In this document: positions 49,275-57,324 of the stretch, piece after piece | Layout of the letters: each line of letters opens with the position of its first letter | Numbering within the stretch: position 1 is the first letter of the stretch | Source of the DNA: a bacterium | Lineage (GTDB): Bacteria; Zhuqueibacterota; Zhuqueibacteria; Zhuqueibacterales; Zhuqueibacteraceae | Length of the DNA stretch: 64,000 nt | Direction of reading: 5' to 3' | NCBI GenBank assembly: GCA_044869275.1 | Contig: JBIOXB010000137.1 | Coordinates: 27,049 to 91,048, forward strand | Program-made: the position numbers and the translations under genes | Notes under the pieces: model-generated | What the model was told of the DNA's origin: nothing | What the model saw: only the letters and a program-made list of their open reading frames with translations | The model's database searches: none

Positions 49275-49634
49275 TTTGGCGCTTAACAGGATCGACAATC
49301 CTCCGATGATGAGAAACACCGGCCAAATCGCGCGCCAATTCCAATCAAACAGGAAGACACACATGACGAAGGTCATGGAGATGAGGCCGATGAGAGTGTT
49401 GCGCATTTCCGCGGAGAATTTGCCTCCGCTGTTTTGGCGGTGGCGCCGAAAGTTGGCGGCGAAATTGGCAATAGGAATCAGAAAGAAAAAGGCCCACCAG
49501 TTATCGCCAATCTGCAGCACCTCAAAGTTTCCCAACAGCAGAATGGCGCCGATGGCAATGAACGCCAGCGCCGGAATCAAGGTATGGAATGATCTCGAGT
49601 TTTGCGAAGAAGCATCCATGAGGGTTGTCTCCAT
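49266..49634 (-). CDS. Small 4-TM membrane protein (LiaF/LiaI-like transmembrane motifs)
   Basis: IAIGAILLLGNF, NWWAFFFLIP, WRAIWPVFLIIGGLSIL. Confidence 0.7.
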   Translation of the reverse strand: METTLMDASSQNSRSFHTLIPALAFIAIGAILLLGNFEVLQIGDNWWAFFFLIPIANFAANFRRHRQNSGGKFSAEMRNTLIGLISMTFVMCVFLFDWNWRAIWPVFLIIGGLSILLSAKLD

Positions 49635-49637
49635 CTT

Positions 49638-50726
49638 TCAACGGCTGGCCAAGACTTGATACACTTGAATTTTGTCCTTCTTGCCTTTGACGTACAATGG
49701 CTCGAATTCCTTCATCTCGAAGACCTCATCGGTTTTGTCATAAACCGATTGGCTGACGAGGATCGCGTTCGGATAATCCCGCGTGATCATCTCGATACGT
49801 TTGCCGGTGTTGACGGTGTCACCGGTGAAATGATATTCAATGCGCGCTTCCGAGCCGACGTTACCGGCCACGACTTCACCGGCATTGATGCCGATGCCCA
49901 CGACGATCTCATGGCCCAGGCGCGCGCGGTACTTCTGATTCAGCGCTTCGAGTTTCTGCATCATCGCGAGAGCACAATACACGGCGTGCTTTTCATGATC
50001 CGCCGTGGCAAGAGGTGCGCCAAAGGCGGCAAAAACTTCATCGCCCACAAACTGAATGACCGTGCCGGAATGGCGATTCACGGCTTCGGTCATGGTAGTG
50101 TAATAGTCATTCAAGAAAGCAACGACCTCCTTGGGCGAAAGCGCCTCGCTCATTGGAGTGAAGCCGCGAATGTCGCAAAACAAAACCGCGATGAATTTCA
50201 ACTCACCGTCAAACATGGCCTCCTCGGAGGATAGCAATGCCTTGGCCACCACCGGCTCCGGCACGTAGCGCATGAACAGGCGCAGCGTTTTTTCCTGTTC
50301 TTCCACCTTTTTCTGCAGCGCGGCCACCAGACCCTTGTTGCTCTTGCCCAACGCCGACAGCTGCCGCGCATTCTCGATGGTCATGCGTAGCTCGGTTTCA
50401 TCCCAAGGCTTGGTGATGTAGCGAAAAACCCGGCCCGTGTTAATGGCGCCAATAATCGCTTCCACGTCGCTGAAGCCAGTGAGAATCATGCGAACCGTAT
50501 CGGGAAACTCCGGCAAAATGCGCTCCAAAAATTGAATGCCGGTCATTTTCGGCATGCGCTGGTCGGTAATGACGAGGTCGATATTCTGCTGGTGAATGAT
50601 CTCGACGCCCTCCTCCCCGCTCGTGGCAGTGTGAATGGTATATTCCCGGCGAAATGCCGCCGCGAAAGAGACGAGATTGTGCTCTTCGTCATCGACGTAG
50701 AGTATGGTGAAGTCTTTCTTGTTCAT
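49638..50726 (-). CDS. Response regulator with class III nucleotide cyclase output
   Basis: REC (LYVDDE, ITDQRMP, ITKPW); cyclase LFCDIRGFT, QFVGDE, GIGINAGEVVAGNVGS, GDTVNTGKRIE. Confidence 0.92.
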   Translation of the reverse strand: MNKKDFTILYVDDEEHNLVSFAAAFRREYTIHTATSGEEGVEIIHQQNIDLVITDQRMPKMTGIQFLERILPEFPDTVRMILTGFSDVEAIIGAINTGRVFRYITKPWDETELRMTIENARQLSALGKSNKGLVAALQKKVEEQEKTLRLFMRYVPEPVVAKALLSSEEAMFDGELKFIAVLFCDIRGFTPMSEALSPKEVVAFLNDYYTTMTEAVNRHSGTVIQFVGDEVFAAFGAPLATADHEKHAVYCALAMMQKLEALNQKYRARLGHEIVVGIGINAGEVVAGNVGSEARIEYHFTGDTVNTGKRIEMITRDYPNAILVSQSVYDKTDEVFEMKEFEPLYVKGKKDKIQVYQVLASR

Positions 50727-50774
50727 ATCACATTTCTCCTAAACCAGAATGACCTGCGTTTCTCCGGAAATCTG

Positions 50775-52541
50775 CTATGACTTCGCCGGCAGCGTAATGA
50801 TAAATTCCGTGCCCTTGCCCGGTGTACTGTAGACTTCAATGTTACCATCATGATCTTCGATAATGCCGAAAGTGATCGCCAGCCCCAATCCCGTTCCTTC
50901 CCCCACGTCCTTGGTGGTGAAGAACGGCTCAAAAATGCGCTGTTGGATTTCCGACGACATGCCTTTGCCCGTGTCCTTGATGGAAATTGTGACGATTTCG
51001 CCATCATAACTAGTTTTAATATAGATCTTACCCTCTCCCGCAATCGCCTGCGCGGCATTCGACAAGATGTTCATAAACGCCTGATTGAGCTTTCCCGGGA
51101 AACACAAAATCTCCGGCACCCCGCCGAAGTCTTTCACGACGGTGATGCGATTCTTGAGCTGGTGTTTGAGCACCAACAGCGTTGATTCGAGGCCCTGGTT
51201 GATGTTGGCGAGTTTTTTTGTGTCTTCATCCAACCTCGAGAAATTGCGCAAGCCTTTCACGATTTCCGTGCTGCGCAGCGCGCCCTCTTCGATACCCTTT
51301 AATAAACTATTGACTTCTTCCAATAACAGGGAAAATTCCACTTCCTCTTTGCGCCGCTCCACTTCTACGAATTTTTCGCTCAAATGATGCTCACGAATCG
51401 CGCGGTCATACTGTGACAACACGGCAAAAATGTCCGCCAAATCGCGCTTGAGAGGGCTGACATTGGAAGACACAAAATTGAGCGGATTGTTGAGCTCGTG
51501 CGCAATGCCGGCGGTAAGCTGGCCGAGCGAGGCCATTTTTTCGGATTGCACCAATTGGCCCTGGGTATTCTTGAGCTGCAGCATGGTTCTTTCCAGCGCC
51601 GCGTTCTTGCGCTCGATCTCGGCTTTCTGTTGCATGAGATGCTGTGATTTTTCCGCGAGATCGTGATTCTTGATTTGCAGAACTTTCTGCTGCGCTTGCA
51701 ACACCGCGGCCTGCTGTTCCATTTTGGTGCGGGCCTGGCGGAGAGAGGTCGTCATTTGATTGAAAGCGCGCGCGAGCTTGCCGATCTCATCGCGGCTGTG
51801 CACCGGCAATTGCACCTCCAAATTCCCCTGCGCCACGGTTTCCGCGGCGGCGGCAAGCTGGCCGACCGGCACGGCAATGAGCCGGGTCAAAAAAAAGGCG
51901 AATAAGACGGAGGCCAGCGTGGTCAGGATCATCGCCAGCGTGTTGACGCGGCGGGTGGCCAAGAACGTCTGTTCGGCGCGTTGTGCCGCCGCCAAAGCGT
52001 CCTTTTTGTTGATTTCAACCAGTCCGACCAAATCCGCGCTGAAATCGATGAAGAGCTGCCGGGCTTCGCCATTCAGCAACTCCAGAGCGTCTTGCATGCG
52101 GTTGCCGAGCGAGAGCCGGAAAAATGCAAAGCTCAAATCCTGGTAATCCGACCATTTTTGGTCGAACGCAGCATAGCGGGCAGTTTCTTCAGGCGACCGA
52201 AAACCTCTGGCCTCCGCCTCGGCTTTGAGGCGGCCGTAGGTGTCAATATTTTGATTGATACGATCGATGAGCGCGGCCATGGCCGCGGCCTGTTCCTGTT
52301 TGCTCGCCGAATCTGTGGTGGAGGCGTGCTGCAGTTGATTGATGCGCAAGTCGACGGTGCTGAGATTGAGATCGGCGATGGCCAGGGCGCGTGGCAAGCG
52401 GTTGGTGGTGACTTCGTCCATCTCCGTCTTGATCGCGGCCATTTTGTTGAGGGAAAAAATGTTGGCACCGGCCATCATGACCAAGACCACGCCGAAGCCG
52501 ATCATTTGTTTGGCGCCGAGCTTGAGATCTCTGAACTTCAT
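50775..52541 (-). CDS. Sensor histidine kinase with MCP-type four-helix-bundle sensor and HAMP
   Basis: TM-4HB-TM, HAMP (RDEIGKLARAFNQM), coiled coil, QSEKMASLGQLTAGIAHELNNP, NAAQAI, DTGKGM, GTGLGL. Confidence 0.93.
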   Translation of the reverse strand: MKFRDLKLGAKQMIGFGVVLVMMAGANIFSLNKMAAIKTEMDEVTTNRLPRALAIADLNLSTVDLRINQLQHASTTDSASKQEQAAAMAALIDRINQNIDTYGRLKAEAEARGFRSPEETARYAAFDQKWSDYQDLSFAFFRLSLGNRMQDALELLNGEARQLFIDFSADLVGLVEINKKDALAAAQRAEQTFLATRRVNTLAMILTTLASVLFAFFLTRLIAVPVGQLAAAAETVAQGNLEVQLPVHSRDEIGKLARAFNQMTTSLRQARTKMEQQAAVLQAQQKVLQIKNHDLAEKSQHLMQQKAEIERKNAALERTMLQLKNTQGQLVQSEKMASLGQLTAGIAHELNNPLNFVSSNVSPLKRDLADIFAVLSQYDRAIREHHLSEKFVEVERRKEEVEFSLLLEEVNSLLKGIEEGALRSTEIVKGLRNFSRLDEDTKKLANINQGLESTLLVLKHQLKNRITVVKDFGGVPEILCFPGKLNQAFMNILSNAAQAIAGEGKIYIKTSYDGEIVTISIKDTGKGMSSEIQQRIFEPFFTTKDVGEGTGLGLAITFGIIEDHDGNIEVYSTPGKGTEFIITLPAKS

Positions 52542-52570
52542 GATCTTCCATTTGCAGTTATGGTAGGAGG

Positions 52571-52999
52571 TCAGTTGCGAGGCGCTGCAATGATCATCAA
52601 CGTCTTCACCTGCTTGTGGCCTTCATGCAGATTTACGAAGCCCAGGGCGCCGGGAGTGGTTGCGACTTTGGCCAGCATTTCCTCTTCGGTCTTCGCGGTA
52701 CCCGGCGGCTCGCCTTCCCCCATCAACATTTTTTTCAACCAGAGCGATTTCATACGCGAAGCGGTCATGCCGAGAAACTTGTAAAACAGCGTTTTCGCCT
52801 CGGTTTGCGGCTTCAGGTCAATCACGACAACCGGCAACTCTTTATTCCAAAACTTGGCCTCGCAAGAGTAGAAGTCGAGCAATTGCGCTTTGCTGAGCGT
52901 ATCCACCGGCACCTCCTGGTGCGCAATGACCGCAACCTGGCCCCGGGCGTTCGTCGCCCAAAACCAAGCCACACACATGAACGCCATGGTTTTTCTCAT
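52571..52999 (-). CDS. Small periplasmic binding-protein-like protein (PBP2/PstS-like single lobe)
   Basis: Signal peptide; VAVIAH..VDTLSKAQL..FY, W.KKMLMGEGEPP, VATTPGALGFV. Confidence 0.75.
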   Translation of the reverse strand: MRKTMAFMCVAWFWATNARGQVAVIAHQEVPVDTLSKAQLLDFYSCEAKFWNKELPVVVIDLKPQTEAKTLFYKFLGMTASRMKSLWLKKMLMGEGEPPGTAKTEEEMLAKVATTPGALGFVNLHEGHKQVKTLMIIAAPRN

Positions 53000-53030
53000 G
53001 CGGAATCTTCCTCGGAATAAAAGCTGCAGC

Positions 53031-54131
53031 TCAAAAAACCACGGAAATGGCAAAATAAGTATATCCTGATTTTGATTTCACTGCGGGGTTGGATCGCTCG
53101 CTGTGCAGCTCCGCTGTCTGTGCCTTCAAAATAATGACGTCGTTGAGGCTGTAGGTGACGCCAAACGTCGGCACCCAGAATCCTTCGTCGCCGAAGGGCA
53201 GGTAGTTGCCGTGCGCCACCCAATAGCTGCCATACACGAAAAATCGTTCTGAAAAATGATAGCCCAGCGTGCCATAAATGAACCTTTCGTCAAAGTTGAC
53301 TTCTGGGCGGTCGAAATCGTATTTCACGAAAATGAATTCGGCCTCGAGCAGCCATTTGGCGCTATGAAAAGAAAGATCTCCGCCCAAGCGCGTGCGCAGA
53401 GTGGAGTGCAAGTCTTTCGCCGTAACCTGGAGCGTATCTGCCAACGAGCTCAAGTCCTCCTTGTCAAAAGTCGTGGACAAGCCCGCCTTGAAAAACTTGT
53501 AGCGCAAGCCCACGCGGCTGCCCAGCAGAAAAGTCCGGCTGGTATCCAGGCCGGTGGAACCGCGGTAGCTGTCGTTGTTGATGTTCGGGCTGTTGCCCAA
53601 ATACGCCGCGTAATCGAACTTGGCATTGCCCGCGGGAATAAATCCGTACGCTTGCACGAAGGCGCGCGCCGGGGTAAAATCCTCTATGGCGAATACTTCG
53701 CGGAGAGAGCTTTCGTAAATGAGTGGGCGGATGATATACGGCAGCAGGGGGGTGCGGTTTTTGATCTCATTCAGATTATTGAAAGCCGGCGTCAACAAAC
53801 CGAGCTTGAGCTTGAATTGGTCGCTGCGGCGGTAATTCACCCAGGCTTCTTCGAGCGAAAAAGCGCCCCAGTTGTATAAGGATGAGTAAGAGTTGACGAA
53901 TTCAAAATTGACGAATGCGGTCCAGTTCTGCGTCAGGTCTTTTTGCAGAAATAGATTGAGCTGCTGTAAGGTAAAAGAATTCGACTCCCGATTCGTCTCC
54001 AGGTCTTCTTCAGCACCCAGTGACGCTTGAAAGTATCCGAAGACCTTCAGGCCGGCATTGTCCGATTGCCCGAAAGCGCCGGAAGCACCGAGCAAAAAAA
54101 CAGCCAGAATGCAGCAGTTGAAGCGCGGCAT
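53031..54131 (-). CDS. Outer-membrane porin-like beta-barrel protein
   Basis: Signal peptide, alternating beta strands, EEAWVNY..LKLG, C-terminal AISVVF. RBS AGGAGG. Confidence 0.8.
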   Translation of the reverse strand: MPRFNCCILAVFLLGASGAFGQSDNAGLKVFGYFQASLGAEEDLETNRESNSFTLQQLNLFLQKDLTQNWTAFVNFEFVNSYSSLYNWGAFSLEEAWVNYRRSDQFKLKLGLLTPAFNNLNEIKNRTPLLPYIIRPLIYESSLREVFAIEDFTPARAFVQAYGFIPAGNAKFDYAAYLGNSPNINNDSYRGSTGLDTSRTFLLGSRVGLRYKFFKAGLSTTFDKEDLSSLADTLQVTAKDLHSTLRTRLGGDLSFHSAKWLLEAEFIFVKYDFDRPEVNFDERFIYGTLGYHFSERFFVYGSYWVAHGNYLPFGDEGFWVPTFGVTYSLNDVIILKAQTAELHSERSNPAVKSKSGYTYFAISVVF

Positions 54132-54227
54132 GACTTTCCCTCCTTTCCTCGTTTTCAGGTATGATAAGCGAGAATCTTGATTGCTGCAAGGGGATTTTCA
54201 TCTTTCAGTCCCACCGACTTGAGAAGA

Positions 54228-54313
54228 AGCATAGCGCAGAGGGCATGGCGCAGAGGGGGGAGCGTGGGCACTCTCAATTTTCGCCATGCACTATGCGCTC
54301 TGCGCCATGCCCT
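54228..54313. repeat. Heptamer-periodic inverted repeat
   Basis: agcatag cgcagag ggcatgg cgcagag, then ccatgca ctatgcg ctctgcg ccatgcc. Confidence 0.85.
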
Positions 54314-54455
54314 TGTTCGAGAACTTGGAAGTGGCGAATGCTACATTCGCCGCAATGTCATCTCGAAAAACTGTTGCCAGGCCTGGCCGTCCTGCGAAAT
54401 GCGGCAGGCATCGGCGAAACGCGGCACGGAACGGTCAAGGCAGCGACAAAGAATT

Positions 54456-55676
54456 TCAGCTCATTTCTTCAGGCGGCCGGAGAGTGGTGAAGCTGCGATA
54501 CAACAGCACATCGTAGATGATTTTCAACGCGCCAGCGAGAAAGAACGGCAGGTTCACCAAAGCAGCATGGGCGAGAAAGAACCCGCTCAACGCCGGCGAC
54601 AGTGAGGCGCCCAACGAACGCGCGAGGGCGGTGACGCCGGAAGCAGCAGAACGTTCATCCGGCGCGACCACAGCCATGGTATAGGATTGGCGCGTGGGAA
54701 CATCCATTTGCGAAATACAGAAACGCGACAGCAGAAGGACGAGGGCCAGCGGCAGATTCGGCATCAACGGCACGAGACCAAGCAGAACATTGGAGGGAAT
54801 ATGGGTGAAAACCATGGTATTGATCAGGCCGAAACGCTGCGCGATCCTTGCAGCCAGTAAAGCAGACATCCCCGCAAGTATATTGGCTCCAAAAAAAATG
54901 CCGCCCAGCGCGCCAGCCTCGACGCCAAATTTGACATGAAACCAATAGGCCATAAAACTCTGGATGATGAAACCTCCGGCAAACGCATCCAGCGCGAACA
55001 ATGCGCTCAACTTGACGACTATTTGTTTAGATTGATGCAAGCCGAAGGATCGTTTGGCGGGCAAAGCACGCGGGATAATTTCAACCGCAGGCGACAAACA
55101 AGCAAAATAACCGGCGAGCAAAACTCCGCTGAGGGCATAGACGATCAGGACGGCACGATAAGCTTCCAAGGGCAGCCACCCGGCAGCCTGCAGAGTGTGC
55201 GCCGCCCAACCGCCGCCGAGCGCGCCGCAGGCGGTGGCAAACGAACCGATAAGATTGTACCAGGAAAATGCCAGCGTGCGCTTTGCCGGCGGCAAAAGCT
55301 GCGAGAGTGCGGCTTGCTCAATGGAAAGAAACGGGCCGATTTCATTTCCGCTCGGGCTGATCACGCCGATGATGGCGGCCAGGGCCAGCAACCCAAAGTT
55401 TCGCGTCAGTGCAAAGGCCGCTCCCGCCGCCAGCAGCAAGATCGCACCCAGCACGAGCATGCGCCGCCTGCCCATCCGGTCGGCAAAAGTCGTTATCACC
55501 AGCGAGAGCGCCGCGTCGCCGAGAAGCGTCAGCGTGAACAGCAGGCCGATTTGTTTCCCGTCCCAGCCGGCCTCGGCGAGATACAATGCCAGCACCACCG
55601 ACAACATGCCATAGGCAAACAAGCGCGTGAAACGTGTGACGAACAGCAGGGCTAGGTCAGTTTTTGAACGCACCAT
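54456..55676 (-). CDS. MFS transporter
   Basis: Motif A ADRMGRRRML, GVISPSGNEIGPFLSIEQA, MDVPTRQSY; 12 TMs. Confidence 0.92.
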   Translation of the reverse strand: MVRSKTDLALLFVTRFTRLFAYGMLSVVLALYLAEAGWDGKQIGLLFTLTLLGDAALSLVITTFADRMGRRRMLVLGAILLLAAGAAFALTRNFGLLALAAIIGVISPSGNEIGPFLSIEQAALSQLLPPAKRTLAFSWYNLIGSFATACGALGGGWAAHTLQAAGWLPLEAYRAVLIVYALSGVLLAGYFACLSPAVEIIPRALPAKRSFGLHQSKQIVVKLSALFALDAFAGGFIIQSFMAYWFHVKFGVEAGALGGIFFGANILAGMSALLAARIAQRFGLINTMVFTHIPSNVLLGLVPLMPNLPLALVLLLSRFCISQMDVPTRQSYTMAVVAPDERSAASGVTALARSLGASLSPALSGFFLAHAALVNLPFFLAGALKIIYDVLLYRSFTTLRPPEEMS

Positions 55677-56121
55677 TCGACTTGCCGCGCCGGATCATCT
55701 CCTGGCAATAGGCATACAGCGCATCGTAAACGATCCATTCGGCAGCATTGATTTCGTGATCGTCGGCAAAGCCCAAATGCCGGAAGCCTTCGGCAATCGC
55801 TTGCAGGCCCGGGCCCTCGGGCTGCTGCCAGAGCGCGTTATCGGTGTCAGCGCCGTTGACGATTTTACCGAGAAGCAAGAGTGCTGGGTTGCCGGCAAGA
55901 TTATACTTTTTCAGGATGGCTTCAAACGAGCAGGCTTGGCCATGATGCCCTAATTCAACGTCCTCGACATCATACGGAATGGCGGCGAGTCGTTTCGCTT
56001 CTGCCATGACTTGATCAGCGGGAACGAAATAGAATTCGGCATCCCGGTCCACGAATTTTTTGATCAACCAGGGGCAGGCGACGCGGTCAACTTTGACACG
56101 CGCGCGGGTGATCCAGTTCAT
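55657..56121 (-). CDS. Chromate resistance ChrB-domain protein
   Basis: WITRARVKVDRVACPWLIKKFVDRDAEF, HHGQACSFEAIL, IVNGAD, YDALY. Confidence 0.88.
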   Translation of the reverse strand: MNWITRARVKVDRVACPWLIKKFVDRDAEFYFVPADQVMAEAKRLAAIPYDVEDVELGHHGQACSFEAILKKYNLAGNPALLLLGKIVNGADTDNALWQQPEGPGLQAIAEGFRHLGFADDHEINAAEWIVYDALYAYCQEMIRRGKSNGAFKN

Positions 56122-56216
56122 GTTTATCGTCTCCTGGGTGTTCGACGCAGATCGACCGGGAGCCGGCAAAGCAGACGGCACGAGCGAGGTAGCGCGACAA
56201 CAAAACTAACGGAGCG

Positions 56217-56750
56217 CTAATGCTGTAGCAACGCTTGTATCTCTCCCTCAAAAACCTCGCGCGGACGGTAACCGACATGGCGCTGCACCAATTTGCCTTC
56301 GCGATCGAAGATCAAGGTGGTGGGATAACCCTCCAATCCGCCGAATGCCTCGACTGCTTCCGCCGTTCCCATCAGAATGCGATAATTCATGCCGAAGCGC
56401 TGCGCGAACTGCTTGACCTGTCCGGCAGTGCCCGATTCCAAGGCGATGCCCACGATTTCAACGCCCTGCGAGGAATAGCGATTGTGCAAATCGATGAAAC
56501 CTGGAATCTCCTGGCGGCAAGGGCCGCACCACGTCGCCCAAAAATCGACGATGGCGACTTTACCGGCCAAATTACTCAGCGCGTAAGGCTGGCCGTCCAA
56601 ATCGGCAAGAACGACTTCGAACGGCGAGTGTTTGATGCTCGATGTGACCTTGGAGGTCTGCCAGAAAATCCAACCGACGAACACGACTGCAAGAGCGACG
56701 ATCCACCAGCTCGAGGCTTTCAACCTGGTGGAAGAATTGTCAATCTTCAT
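56217..56750 (-). CDS. TlpA-family thiol-disulfide oxidoreductase
   Basis: TM anchor, VDFWATWCGPCRQEIP, YPTT. Confidence 0.92.
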   Translation of the reverse strand: MKIDNSSTRLKASSWWIVALAVVFVGWIFWQTSKVTSSIKHSPFEVVLADLDGQPYALSNLAGKVAIVDFWATWCGPCRQEIPGFIDLHNRYSSQGVEIVGIALESGTAGQVKQFAQRFGMNYRILMGTAEAVEAFGGLEGYPTTLIFDREGKLVQRHVGYRPREVFEGEIQALLQH

Positions 56751-56781
56751 GACTTCTTTCTCCTGTGCTATCGTGGTGCGA

Positions 56782-57213
56782 TCAAGCCAACTCCGGCGGC
56801 AAGATTTTGTAAGAATAATTCAGTTCTGCGCCTGGCCGTAACTGTGCGCTTACCGAGCAATAAGTCTCACGCGACAAATCGATAGCGCGTTGCAATTTGT
56901 CCTCGGGAATATTCTGGCCGCGCACGAGATATTCCACGTTAATCCTGACAAAGTACATGGGATGCTCTTCGGCCGTCTCTGCCGTGACGTTGATTTCAAA
57001 ATGATCGAACGGCACACGCATTTTTTTGAGCAGGGATACCACATCGATACCCGTACATCCCGCGAGCGCCATCAAGACCATTTCTCCCGGACGGACCGCG
57101 GAATCTGCACCGCCTGCATCCGGCGAGGCATCAATGACGATGGAATGATTGGAATACCCTGTCCCTACGAATTTCAATCCGTCAATCCACTTCACTCCGA
57201 CTTGGCGTGTCAT
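56782..57213 (-). CDS. OsmC family protein
   Basis: RPGEMVLMALAGCTGIDV, LSRETYCSV. Confidence 0.9.
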   Translation of the reverse strand: MTRQVGVKWIDGLKFVGTGYSNHSIVIDASPDAGGADSAVRPGEMVLMALAGCTGIDVVSLLKKMRVPFDHFEINVTAETAEEHPMYFVRINVEYLVRGQNIPEDKLQRAIDLSRETYCSVSAQLRPGAELNYSYKILPPELA

Positions 57214-57259
57214 ATCGTGCAGGCCTTTGCTTAAAGTGCGAATTTAAATCAAGCTTTAC

Positions 57260-57289
57260 ATTATACTAGCCCAACTCTTTAATAATCAA
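57260..57289 (-). promoter_or_regulatory. Possible sigma70 promoter for the osmC-tlpA genes
   Basis: Minus strand TTGATT-18 nt-TATAAT in an AT-rich gap. Confidence 0.5.
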
Positions 57290-57324
57290 GTGAGATGGAC
57301 ATTAAATTGAAACTTGAAGTTAAA

